Of a DNA stretch of 64,000 nt, positions 40,661 through 54,942 are shown piece by piece. Position 1 is the first letter of the stretch. Every line of letters starts with the position of its first letter. The DNA is taken from positions 124,001-188,000 of the forward strand of contig MCFH01000049.1 of assembly GCA_002104945.1 (NCBI GenBank), read 5' to 3'. The notes below the pieces were generated by a model. The model ran no database searches. It saw nothing but the letters and a program-made list of their open reading frames with translations, and was not told the origin of the DNA. The stretch comes from Piromyces finnis finn. Taxonomy: Eukaryota > Fungi > Neocallimastigomycota. The position numbers and the translations under genes were made by a program.

Positions 40661-42801
40661 AATATTGATAATATTAATAATATTAAATATAATTAAAATT
40701 TATTGAAATAATAAAACTTAATGCAAAAAGTACAAAAGTTTTTAAAATGGAGAAAATATGCTAATAAAAAAAATGAAATTATGAAAAGTTTTTTTTGCCA
40801 AATTATTTTTTTTAAACTATGAAACTATACTAAAAAAAAATCATTAAATATTTTTAAACTAATTTATACTAATAATTGACTTAAAAATATCTTTCAAAAT
40901 AATAATCATAAATAAAGGTGTTGATTTTAGCAGTGCTCCTTATAACAATACCAAATAGAATAAGTATGATGGGTTGTTATAAATTTTTTATTATTATTGC
41001 CCTAATCTAATAACTAATTATAATTAATAAATTTCTAATAAACAAAATGTAATTAATTTTCTATTTCTCTCTCTTTTTTTTTTTTTAAAAAAAAAAAAAG
41101 AATTACAATATATTTCAATACATTTGAAATACATTTCAACATCTTCTAGCATCAATGTTATTAGTAATATCTAGTATTAGATGTTTATTTCTTTCTGAAT
41201 ATTATTCATTGCATTATTACAAAAATAAATCTTTTTTTATTTAAATTTATTCAATTTTCATTTAATCCATTATATCTAATACAATATTTATTAAACTAAT
41301 AAACTATTTTATATCAAAGTAAATGTAATTAATGTATTTATTATATCAAACCTTTATTATTAATAAAATACTCTATAATTAAAGATAAAATATATAAAAA
41401 AGAATTATTAGTATTTATAATTGTTTTCTAATATGTTAGCAATTATTAAAACTACTATTATTCTACCATAATAAATTTAAAATTACAATTTAAAAAAACA
41501 TGGATTATTGTTGATGAATACGATTACGCTATTTTATAGTAATATTAACAGAAAGTTAAATATTATTTGTTAATAGACATAAATACTTTTAGAAATATTA
41601 TTCATATTTATTAATAATCCTATTTTTCATTATGTAAAAATAATTCAAAGTTAAATAACTCATTTATTATATATCATTGAAAATAAAAATATATTATTTT
41701 TATAATTTATAAGTAATAGAATAAATCGTCATGGAAAATTAATGAATAATTAAATGTTGCTTCAAAAAAGAGAATTATAAAAAATAATATTTATTTCTAA
41801 TATAAAATATTACATGAATGATAAAAGGAAAATTTAGTAAAAAAAAAAAAAAAGTAGATAAAATTTTCAGTATATTAGGTTTAATAAAAAAATATTTTTA
41901 TATATAAAACTATACTATAGATACAATATATACTATCAGTTGAAATGACATTTATTTATAACTAATGAAATAAATCGCTTATTTTGTATTTTAATAGAAT
42001 AAAGTAATGATACAGTAAATTTTAATAGTTGCTTTATATTTTAAATTATTTTTAAAAAAAGGGAATAATATTTAATTTATATAAATAAACTTTATAATTT
42101 GGTTATTATGTATTAAAGTTGTTGTTGTAAATCTATTTACCATATTTATTATAATGAAAAAGATATTTCATTACATGATAATTTCATTTCCAACCTTAAA
42201 ATAAAATATTTAATTCATTAATGAATTTTATTTTATTTCATATAAATTTATTAAAAATTTAAAAAAAAAAAAAAAATAAAATAAAAGCAATATGTTTAAA
42301 AAAAGGATGTGAATATCAATTTAAATTTAGTTACAAAAAAATAATCACTCCTCTTACATTTATTAGAAATTCAAATTGTTTTAATAGAATATTAGTTTGG
42401 TAGAGAGATGTTAAAATAAAAGAAATATATGTCAAATGCATTGAAAGGTATTACAATAACTTTATTGTATTGACATATATTTGCGTAGATTATTAATTTT
42501 TAAATAAATTTAACTCTTATATATATCCATAAATTTTTTATAAGGGTTAAGGATTTAATTTTAAAAATTTTTTTTCTTGATAACATCAAAAAGTTTCTAT
42601 AGAAGAAGTATCACCTTTATTTATAATAATAAACTTTAATTAATAAAAATATTCGGGGTTTAAATATTTTCTTCTTTAAAAATTAAAAATGAATAGTTTT
42701 TGTTTTAATGGATATTAAATATTGAATATATTTTAATTCTAAATGAAAAGGTTTAGCCAATTTCTTTTAGTCTAGTATTGTACTAAAACTTTTAATTAAA
42801 A

Positions 42802-42804
<3 letters not shown>

Positions 42805-42871
<67 letters not shown>

Positions 42872-42875
42872 GGTG
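42805..42875. repeat. (ATT)n-(GTT)n compound microsatellite
   Basis: Direct trinucleotide runs. Confidence 0.9.
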
Positions 42876-44879
42876 GTGGTGATGTTGTTGTTATAATCAA
42901 AGAATACCATATATATTTTAACTATTTTGTAATTTATAATATGTAAAAAATTGGCATTATTAATTTACACTTAATATTTTACAATTGAATATATTTATTA
43001 AATAATCTAAGAAAAATGACACCAATTAATTTTTATATATAATAAGATATATCTTTGAACCTTTTAATTCTAAAAAAAGAAAATAATCCTAAAATTTAAT
43101 AAAAAATATTTCTTTCATTCAAAGTAATTCCATAATCAAATTATCAAAATATAAAGTTGTTTTTTTTTTTTTTTTTAATTAAAAATTATAATGTTTTTTA
43201 TACTAAAAATAAATCAATGATTCCAAAGGTGTTATATACTTTTTTACTTTATAGTTTATTTATTATATAAGAAATATACAATAAATCAATAAAAATAGAT
43301 ATTATAAATTAGGATGAATAATAATATTATTTTTATATTGAATAATTTATTGACATCTTTTGTCGGGAGTATTCAATATATAACTTTTAAATATGTAATT
43401 AATATGAAAATTTAAAAAATTAATGAATAAATGAAATTTTTAATTTTAAATTTCTTTAATATTTAAAATGGTTATTAATGAGTTTATTTTATATAATGAT
43501 ATATAAACATTTTTTTATTAATAATTGACTTTATTTTTTCACAATTTGTTTATTAATTTAAATATTTATTAAAAATACTATATACACTATGAATTTTTAA
43601 AAATAAAACATTAAAATAAAAAAAGTAAAACATAAAGTGTAACAATATAATGTCAAATGAGCTATTTTTTGATTCCTTAATGAATTTATTCACTGAATAA
43701 CTAGCATTGGACCCTGTAAACAAAATATTTAAAATGATTTTTTGTTACTACGATATAAGATTAGCCCTCTTACTACTAAACCAATCAAAGAGTAACTTTA
43801 TAGAGTTACTAATGATAAATATTGTTTTAGTAAGAATAATTACGAGAAATTTTATATATAAAGCATAAAGAACACAATGATGTATAAAGTTGTTGCAAAA
43901 AATTTTAAAATCAATGATAAAAAGATTGCTTACTATAGTTACAACAAAGAATAACTTTAATATTGTCAATATTAATTCTGAAAGTGTTCTTATAATTTAG
44001 ATAGTCCTTAAAGTTAAGTGAAGTTTATTATAGCCAATAAGTATAACAAAATAATAAACTTCATTAATATAAGACATTGCTATTTAACATTTTATGATAA
44101 AATTTATTAGTATTTCCTAAAATATTAATACTGATGAATGGTTGTACTCTATTGTTTTATTTTTATAGAACCGAGTAAAGAGGCAGAAATAAAAATTAAA
44201 TAAAAACAGCTTTAAAGATTTTAAAAATTGTATTATTTTAATTGTTTAATTAAGAATGAAGAAGGAATAAATGGACAATATACTAGAGGGGTGCTAAATT
44301 TAAATACATTTTTATATATTTTTAAAAGATTTTGTAAAATAAAAAAATATGAAAAAATAATTATTTAATAAAAGAGAAAGAAAAATAAGAATTTCATTTT
44401 TTCATTTTACTCTTTATTTTAAAACAAAGTAATTATATAATTATATAATTAATAAAAATTTTTTTCTATTTCAAATTTAAAATTAGTAATAATGATTTAT
44501 ACATGCTTTTTTCATAATATCTCTTATCTTTTTTTTATAATATTCAAAAGAAAATTCAATAATTAGAATAATGAATACTTTATTATAATTATATTATTTA
44601 TTTATATTATATATATAATATAAATAAATAATTATAAAAATAAAACTTATATAGTTTTAACTATATTTATTGAAATATTATTAAACTTTGACATAATATA
44701 AATATAATAATACATATAAAGCTAATTTAAAATTTCTAATTTCTTAAAGTTATTAATATATTATACACATTTCATATTTTAGGAATTGGTATTACATTAT
44801 AAATAATGGAATATTTCTATTTCTTTTTTTTATAGTTTTTGTTTATTAAAAAGATTATAATTCATCGAAAGCATTAATT

Positions 44880-45020
44880 ACATCCACGAAAGATGTATGA
44901 GTATAGGAAACAAAAATATCTTCATTGGATTAAAACAGGTTATGAGTATATGAAGAGTCATAAACCTAAGAAAGCCTGGAAATAGATCAAGAAAACCGAA
45001 AAAATTGAAAAAGATACTTT
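44880..45020 (+). mobile_element. Possible decayed non-LTR (LINE) ORF2 fragment
   Basis: RKMYEYRKQKYLHWIKTGYEYMKSHKPKKAWK*IKKT resembles the '...AWKW(L/I)KK' linker that precedes the RT domain in LINEs. No RT motif is visible. Confidence 0.3.
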
Positions 45021-45799
45021 CTTATATAATGTATCCTTTATTATTTTCAAGGATTCACTCTATACCTATTCATACACCAAAAGAATCATAATTACAATTT
45101 GAAAATACTCTTATTTCATTGGATAATCATATAATAAATAATAAACAAGGTTACACTGATTTTTCATAGGATTAGTTTATTAATAATAAAAATGGAGAGG
45201 CTAAAATTTATGCGAAAAACCTTTTTTTTAAAAAAATATAAATTTCAAACGAGATTACTAAAAAAGTAAAACCTTTGAAAACAATAAAATGATTATTAAA
45301 ACAATAATAATCAGTTTATGTGTTGAAACTTCTGTTTTTTTATTTGTAAATATGAAAAGTATTTTAAGTAAAATTTTTTATTTCTTTCTTAAAACATTAA
45401 AGGATTAGAATAAAAAGATAATAAGGAGGGTATGTGTTTTAATTATCTTTTTTAATAGAAAGTTTTATAAAGGAATATTTTAAAACCTTCTATTAATGTT
45501 ATTATAATTAATTTTATACTATAATAATAAGATTTAAATATATATATCCTTTATTTTTAGAAAGAATCAAGAAATTATTAAATTTAATTATAAAATTCAT
45601 TGTTGAGTTATTAATAGTTTCAATATTGTCTTTTTTATTAATAGATAACTAAATTTTAAGTGTTCAAAGTAATGGTAAATAATACATCTATAATAATTTA
45701 ATAATAATTTAATATTATTGATTGTAATTTCTTATTTACATATATCTCTATTAGTTATTAATTAATATTCAATGAATTTTTTAATTTATGTCAATTATA

Positions 45800-46400
45800 A
45801 AAAATCTACGTAATAGTATTGTTCATAGTAGAAACATTAATACAAGAAACAAAACTTCTAGTTTAGCTTTCCCATTTTAAGACCAGTATTTCAGACTAAA
45901 TTATTAATGATGTGTACACTTGATCAAGTAGCATTTTATAGGAAACTAATAATAATGCAATAGATTCTATTATAAATGCTAAATATAACGAATTATTCAA
46001 CTATAAAATTAGTATTGCGTATGAAACTGATATAGATAAAAGTGTTAAATATTTTTTTATTGTTACTCATGATAACAAACTATACCATTGTACTACTGAA
46101 ATGAATTATATATAGAAAAATAATTTATTAGTTATCTAATTTAGTTAATACTATTAATGATGGTAGTGAGAAACTATTTATTAAATACTCAAAAATACTA
46201 GTAAGTGCGCAGGTATTACTTAACCTGAAGTAAGTACTTGTTAAACTAAATGTGATTTAAGACATAAACTATGTATTACCAATATCTAATAGAAATTCTA
46301 TTAGTGTAGCTTAATGTGATTCAAACGTTATTACGATTTTTATTATAAAAAATAAATAATATTCTAGTTTTTACGATTAAAGTATAGACTAAAAAAAATA
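45800..46400 (+). pseudogene. Heavily decayed scaffoldin-like fragment
   Basis: Remnants such as VTHDNKLYHCT, LVNTINDGSEKLFIK, TQPEVSTC-like and KLCI parallel exon 6 of the genes at 54943 and 58798. Confidence 0.45.
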
Positions 46401-46839
46401 ATAATAATGTTGTTATCATTAATCCTATATAAGATCTTGATTTCAAAATACATTTCATTCTTTCTTTCTTAACTAATGAAATAAACTTTTCTCATTTGCT
46501 TGTATAATCCAAATTAGTAATGCTTTGAGAAATATTACTACATTTCATAATTTTAATGTAGTGAAAATTGATAGTACATTATGTAGATGTAGTAAAGTTG
46601 TATATTAATTATTATTATAATATGGGTTAGTTTTTAAATTTTTTCAATTTGCCTTTTTTTTATTAAAATTAGTGAAATTTCAAAAAAGTAAAAAAATTCA
46701 ATAAATAATAAAATAACTATTTCATATAATAACCATTTTATTTAAACATATATTTGTATAATAGTGAATATTCATAAAAAAACTTTATATTTAAGTATTT
46801 TTTTTATAATAAATTTGTAAATTACTATATAAAAATTTT

Positions 46840-48848
46840 TTAGTTTATTGTGATATTTCCAAAAAAGAAATCTTATTATAAGGACGATTAAAAAAAAAAA
46901 AATTAAAAATCAATAGTACTACGCTATATTATAAATAATTCTATTTAGTATTGATGCTTCTTTATCTGTTGGTATTCAACTAGTCAATGCTGAAGGTAAA
47001 CTATTTATTAATATTTAAAGTCATTTTATAATAGTACAAAAACTAATTAATATAAATATATGAATATGTAAAAAATTTAAAACAAAACAGCTATTACTGA
47101 TTGTTCAGGCTCTTATAATGAGGAAGGTAATTATTATTCAAGCGGAACTATTAATTGTTACTGTATAAAAGACAGTTTAATTCTTGGTGTTATAATTGAT
47201 GAAACAGATTGTGAAGAAATTGTTAAAAATGAAGTTGTTATTTTTAAAGGTAATCAAAAAGTTAATTTGATTGCTGGTAATATTATTATTGATGATATCG
47301 GTAGTGATGATACATTTTAACTTTTTTTGATTATGCAGATAATGGTACTCTCACCAAAAAATATAAATATAATAAGGAAGTAATTTCAGTTCTAACTGAT
47401 TCCTTTTATATTCCATAAATTCTATTGTAGGTGCTAAAGTTTCAATTTTTGGTACCTGCTCAGCAAATGAAGCTGGTAAGTTAATTGAAACAGATGCCAA
47501 TAATACAAAATTCTGTCTTGGTGTTAAGGGTAATGGCAATACCACTATAAATATTGGTATAATTGCTGTTGATAAAAAGTATATTTCTGGAAATGTAAAT
47601 AATAATATTTTTGATATTGCAGTCGAAAATGTTATTGAAAATGTAACCGACAACACAATTACCTTAGATAGATCTGTATCAGGTAAATCACTTATATAGA
47701 GTTTAATTTTTATTTATTCCAACTATATATTATTAATACTTTTTTTTTAAATATAATTATATTTGTAATGAAAAGTCCATGATGGGTATTGTGTTAATTA
47801 TAACATGAAGGAAATAAATGTTAAAACAGACCGTAAAGAAGCAAAATTGATATTGGACGCTGTGTCATTGTTTATAATTTTATTGCTGTTGGTACTTATA
47901 AAGATCCTGCTACATTATATTCAGGTATAATATTAAATACAATCTAATGTCAAATGATTAATTATATCACTATTGTAAATAAAATAAATATTGAATTATC
48001 TTTAATAAATCATTTTTATATAAATAGTTATAACAAGCTAAAAAAAAACTTGTTGACTAACTCTTATAGACTGAACTTATCCAATTAAATGTAATATTAT
48101 AAAATAATATTAATAATTTTATTAATATTAATTTTAATTATCGAAATTGGAATATATAATAATTTTATAAAATAATATATAAAATTATATAGGTACTACT
48201 AGTGTTAAAAACTTCCTAGTAAAGAAACATAATAATAGATTAGTAATACTACAGTCAGTGATTTATTCATGTAAAATGAAGCATAGAATAAACAATCAGT
48301 GATAATAGGTTATCTTTTGGATACTGACTCTATTACTACAAATTCTGATAATAAATATATTAAATGTATAGTAGCCACAGTAAGAACAAATTCTTGTATT
48401 TTACTTAATAACTCAGCTAGGAGGTAGTTGTGATGGTAACTAGTACATTAACCAATTACTGATAATTATTATGTGTTGAAGGGACACAAAGTAAATTTAA
48501 TGTTAGTACTGCTGATACAATCGAATTTGTTGGAGTAAAAGTAGGTGGACATTTCATTATCATTACTATTGAAAATAATGGTTCTCTATAGTAATAAAGA
48601 AAGTAATTTATTTTATTTTATGTAAAAATATTAAAAACAGTTTAATATTAAATTAATTTTAAATAAAATAAAAAGTATATAATTTTAAAGAAGTCATATA
48701 TGATGTTGGTGATGAAGTTAAAAGTGATACTTGTGATAAAGATGAAAATGATGAATTTGTTAACCAAATTGATGAATATAAATTAACAACAAATGCTAGT
48801 AACAATAATAATATTGATTATCATAAGAAAAATGATTCTTCTGCTTAA
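46840..48848 (+). pseudogene. Scaffoldin-like pseudogene, paralog of 61750-63592
   Basis: Exon 2 (from 46949, ...SVGIQLVNAE|gt) and exon 3 (AITDCSGS...IVKNEVVIFKGN) match gene 61750. There is an in-frame TAA at 47318-47320, further frameshifts, and no start-codon exon. Confidence 0.75.
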
Positions 48849-49891
48849 ATATTTGGCTTTTGATTTGATAAACTCTGCTTTGGAAATATGTATAAATTTT
48901 ATATAAAATTAACCAATGCAATAATTTCTTTTAGAAACTATAAAGTTGTTTAAATAAAAATAAAATGTAAAATTTTTATAATGAATTTAGTAAAAATAAT
49001 GTAATTGGTGTTATTATATGAACTTTTTTTCAAATACTTTTAATAATTATATGAATTATTTAATCGCTTTTAAATATATAAAGCATATATAATTTTTTCA
49101 TAAAAAATTGTGAAAAATATCAAAAAGAAGTTGATTTTAATTCACATTTTTATCATACTTTAAAAAGCAGTTTAAATGTTTGTATTAACAACAAAAATTT
49201 TAGATAAATCTTTTTTTTTTAATTTGATTATTAAAAATAAATGCCAATACAAAAATCGAGGCAAGCATTACAACTAAATTGATTTTTAATTCAAAATCAA
49301 ATTCTAATTTTTATATTATATCTATAAAAAATTGGTATAATTTTTTTTAAGAATATTTTGAAAAAAACCAAAAAAAGGAAATGAAGAGATTTATTATTAT
49401 TAAATATTATAATTATTTTTATTTTTCAATTATGTTTTAAAATTATATATAATTTTTTAAAAGTACATTTTATTTATCATATAAAAATATTTACAATAAA
49501 ACTCATTCCTATTATTTTATAATTTCTAAACAATATATTAAAATATATTAAATAAAAAAAGGATAGTAAGTAATTAAAAAGTTTTCCATATTTATTCTAT
49601 TATTATAAAAATTAAAATAAATAATATTTTTTATTATTGTTTATTATTCGGAAAGTCATCCGCTACTAAAATATTGAAAAAAAATAATAATAAAAAATTA
49701 TTTAGTAAAATAATTATTATTATTTTTTAATGAATAAAACAAAAATTAACAATTTATTTGTATTTATTATATTATTTTAAAAAAAGAAATAATAATAAAA
49801 TTGTAATAAAGTGATAATTATTTTTATCAATTTATTATTCAAATAATTAAAATAATTCAAATAATCCTATTAATAAAAACTAATAAAAATA

Positions 49892-49894
<3 letters not shown>

Positions 49895-49965
<71 letters not shown>

Positions 49966-49966
49966 G
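49895..49966. repeat. (ATT)n microsatellite
   Basis: Direct trinucleotide run. Confidence 0.9.
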
Positions 49967-50333
49967 TTTGAAATCGTTGTTTTTTTTTTAGTTCTATTTT
50001 AGTTTTATTATTAGATATTATTTTCGAATATTAAATATTAAACAATATTTCTTGCTTTTAGGTCTCCTTTCATTTAAATGTATTTTACCATAAATATTCA
50101 TTATAATTTTATTGATGGGTTAAAAAAATTATTTTTTCTCATTTTATTAATTATTAATAATATGAATTTTTTTTGAAAAATATAAATTTCGCATGAGATT
50201 TTGAAAATTTTAAAACTTCATAAAACAATAAAATAATTATTAGTTCAATAATAAGTATTTTATTAAAACCCATTTTGTATAATAGTATATATATTTAAAG
50301 CCATTATTTATTGTAGAAATAAGCAAAAAAAAA

Positions 50334-52907
50334 ATGCTCGGAAAGAATATTTTAAGGTTTATTAAATAATTATTATACTATCAATAAATAAAATGATATG
50401 TATACTATATATTAATTATTCATTAACAAAATATAAAAATAATAACAAATATTAATGTATATATATAAAAAAATATATTATAATAGTATCATTGGATTAT
50501 TATTTGTTGGCCATACTTTAGCAAGTAAATATAATAAATATTAATAAAAATTAGTATACTAAAAATTTAAAAGACTAAAAAAATTTTTTTATTTTAAATA
50601 TTGATAATTAAAGGTAATACTTTACCAACATGTAAAGATTTAAGTGATTCTACTGGTAAACTTAGTAGAAGATCATTTGACAGTGCAAATTGTAATAGTG
50701 ATGGGGAAACTGTATCATACTGTACAGATTCAAATAAAATTTATGAAGTAACTGATTTAACAACATTTTCATGTAAAACATCAACATTATCTGAAGGTGT
50801 TCATGTTTTCATTGAAAAAGAAAATAAAGCTATAAGTAAAGTTAAATTGACTAATGAAGGTTCAAATCCAGTCGAAGATGAATATAAAGGAAATTTATCT
50901 ATGTATCTTTGTAATAAAGATAGTGATTGTGAACAAACTAAAGGTTATATTAAAGTAACATTTAATGGAGATGAAGTAAAATACTATGAAATTGGATCTA
51001 CTAGTAAAGAAGCAGAAAAAGGTGGTAATTGTGATGGAAAGGAAAGAATTGGTTTACAATCTGCTAATCATGGTGTTTGTTTATCTGTAAAAGATAAAAG
51101 TGTTGAATTTGGTGAAAATGACAGTTATCTTTTAGATGGTTCAGTAAGTACCAATTCAATCTTCTCTATTGCTAGTGGTAAAGATGGTATTGTTTTAACT
51201 CGTGATTTAAGCACAATTTATTTCAATAATATTTATACTGGTAAATATTTATTTTTTATTTAATTAAAAACTATATATAAATATATATTTCATTTTATTT
51301 CATTATAATATTAATAATCATTAATAACAATAATTTATTATAAAATTTAAAAAAAAAAATAAATAGATGAAGAATATTGCAAGTATCAAGAAAAAAACAT
51401 TATTTCAAGAAAAGCACAATTTGTAGAAGGTACAATTTTAAATACTTTATATGAATGTGAAAGTGGTGCTTGTAAAAGATCCAACACTCTTGATAATGTT
51501 GGTTAGTATTTAAATATATTTCTAATAAATAATACTATAAAAAGTATAATTTTTGAATAAAATAAAATTAATGAAAAGTGTTTTATAAATGATAAATTTT
51601 AGTGGACGGAACTTATTTAGTAGATGATACAATTTATGATTGTAGAAATAGCAATTGTAAGGAACAAACTAATTCAGGAATTTTAGCTTTCAAGAAAGAT
51701 GATGGAGAAGATATTACTTATAAGACTTTATTAAGTTCACTTGCATTATTAACCGAAGATGATCTTGATTCAGTTTATCTTTATGACTGTATTGATGGAG
51801 AATGTAAGTCTACCTCTGGTTTCATAAAATATGGTGATACACCAGCTTTAGCTTCATGTACAAAAGATGGCGGTTGTGTATCTCAAGAAAATGAAACTTG
51901 TGATAAAAGTAACGCAGGTAAAGTTAATTTGGGCAGTGATGGTATGAAACTTTGTGGTTCAGATGGAACATTGTCTTCTTCAGTTTATAATCTTATTGAA
52001 AATACAATATATGAAGCAAATTCAGACAGCCCTATTATTGGAGCAAAACAAAGTAATCTACAATATAATATTTTATTCTTAAAATATTTAATTATTTATC
52101 GAAATATTAATTAATGAATTTTTAATTTTTTTACTTTAAATTTTTAATATAAAATAAATTTTATAGCTGGTAATTTCGTTTTCGGAAATGGACTTAAAGT
52201 TTGTACCGAAGGCAATTGTATAAGTGTATCTAAGGCTGGCTATTTCTTAAATTCCAATTCAGTAGAAATTGCTGATGGAAAGAAATTAATTTACTGTTCA
52301 GGTGATTTATGCGAAGCTAATAAACCAAATAATGGTTACTACATTAACGATGACTATATTAAATCTAAACATGCAATTCTTTGTGATAACGATGGTTGTT
52401 TAGAAATTGAAAATCTTACTAAAAGCGATTGTAATGAAAATGTAAATGAACTTGTTTACATTACTGATGGTTTTAAATATTGTGATGGCACTGAAGCTAA
52501 AAATATTCCAACTGAAACTACAGTTAATCTTTATGAAGTTGATAATGTTAAGGATAAAGCAATTAATTATCCAACAGAATTCGTCGAAGTATCCTCAGGA
52601 AATAAGATGGTTATTAAAGTTGATAAATATTCAGTAACTCAATTTGTCGATGATAATCGTAAATATTAAATATTAAATTTAAAAATTCAAATTATATTTA
52701 AAATTATAAATTAACATATAAGTAAATTTATTAAATATTATTTTTATTAGAATTCTGTATTTCAAGTAATATAAAGGTTGAAGGTAGTTGTAGTAAAGGT
52801 GATACTAAGTATACTTGTATTAATCCTTTTGTTAAATGTGAAACCTTTATTGTTGGAAAATGTGACCTTACTAAAGCAGATGAAAACTGTAATTTATTTT
52901 ATTTTTA

Positions 52908-52944
<37 letters not shown>

Positions 52945-53642
52945 ATGCTATGAATATCATAAATTATTAAATTTTAATTAATAAAAATATATAATTAAAA
53001 TAATAGGTGATGGATACTATGTTGATAGTAATAAACAATTAGAAAAATGTAATAAAGGTGTTTGTTCAGTTGAAAGTAAGATTGGTTACTTCCAAAATGG
53101 TGAAACCTATATTAAATGTACTACTAATGGAGAAAGTAAAGAAATATTTACATGTAGTGAACTTGCTTTAATTGATAGTTGTAAAGATAATAACGGTGCT
53201 TTATTTAAAGAAGAAAAGGATATTAAACTTTGTATTGATGATAATAATAGCAATGCTATTACTATATTCAAAAAAGATACCACAAAATGCTTTATTGGGG
53301 CTAATATATTAAATAATAAAGTAAACACTAAAAAACATTATATAATTAGTACAGCTGATAATGAAGTTTTAACCGAAACCATTGGTGCTGGTAATTAAAT
53401 AATATTCTTAAATATATAAAGATTTTTTAAATATAATAATAAATAGTAATTCAATGAATTTTAATATTTTTTTTATTAAAAAAAAAGCTTATAAAAAATA
53501 CAAATATATAAAAAGTAGTGGTGTTCCAGCTATTTTAGTGAAGGGTGAACAAAACAATATTAAGGCAGATGAATTAATTGAATTTACTGTAAGTGAAGAT
53601 AAAGATAATACTTATGAAAAGGAACAAATTTCTTCTTTATAA
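50334..53642 (+). CDS. Secreted Cys-rich fungal scaffoldin-like protein, 9 exons
   Basis: Exons 50334-50356, 50487-50524, 50614-51240, 51367-~51501, 51603-~52031, ~52167-52658, ~52751-52889, ~53006-53391 and ~53489-53642, with GT-AG introns. The signal peptide (MLGKNILSIIGLLFVGHTLA) is split over two mini-exons. Repeated GY(F/Y)xN...(L/Y)IxC..C motifs occur. Confidence 0.75.
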
Positions 53643-54942
53643 ATATATTTATAATGAATTTAAATTTTTTGAAAAATTATTATACATTAATGAATTTGTA
53701 AAAACAAAAGAAAACAAATATTCTTGTATTTTTTTAATTGTTTAAATATATAAAAATAAAAATATTATTCCTTAATAATTAATATCAAAAAAAAATTATA
53801 ATAGTGAAAAAAAGAAAGGGTAGTTATTAAGTATTTGTAATGTAAAAATGATATATTATAGTATTATTTAAAAAATATTATAACAATGTATCTATATAAT
53901 AATTCAAGTATATAAATTTGAAAATTGTTATATTGTATTTTTAATTGTAAAAAAAAAAGAAAATAATAAAAAAAATAAAAGAATATTTATGAATATAAAA
54001 GTTGTTTTCATGAAAAATAACGATTTAGTAATATTTTTATTAAAATTTTTGTTCAACGGTCATTTCATTCTAAATGTTAATATTTTTAATTTCAATTATT
54101 ATTTTTTTTATCTTAACATAATTTTATGAAAAATGACTCTTTTATATTTTAAATTTCTAGAATTTAAAATAATACTGATGATGGTATTATAATGTTTTAA
54201 TCATTTGAAATAAAATTTTGAAAATAGAATGAAAAAAAAAAAAACGAAACTATAACAAAATTGTTAAAATATATATTTTGATATAACGATATTATATATT
54301 CATAAGAATATTCTTAGTATTTCAATCTTTATTTATTATTATATATCTTGACTTTATCGATATTACTATTATTAAAATTATTTCTTTTTCTTTTTAAAAA
54401 AATTAATAATAATGTTTTTTTTATTATTGTATGAATAATTGTTATATTTCAATAATTATATTTAATTTTTAATTGTAATAAAGATCATTCAATCTGTCAT
54501 TTTTTTCAAATGAATTAAACAAAATCATTACATATAATTATAATAGATTTTTAAAATAATTATATTTTAATATTCTGTGATATAAAATTTGAAAAAAAAG
54601 AAAATAATAATAACAATAATTATTATTAAAAAAATATTTATTGTATTCTTTCATTTTTTATAATTAATTTATCTAAAATTATAATTATTTATTTATTTAA
54701 ATAAATTTTTTAAATAAATTTATTGTTATATGATTTTCTAAAACTTTAATTTTTCGTGAAATATAAATTTCTTTTGAGATTTCGAAAATTTTTAAAACTT
54801 CAATAAACATAAAATAATTATTTCTACAATAATAACTATTTTATTAAAACCAAAAAAAATTGTATATAATTTATAATACATTATTATTTTTTATATTTGT
54901 AACTAAATAAGTAAAAATAAAAACTTGTAATATTTATTCAAA

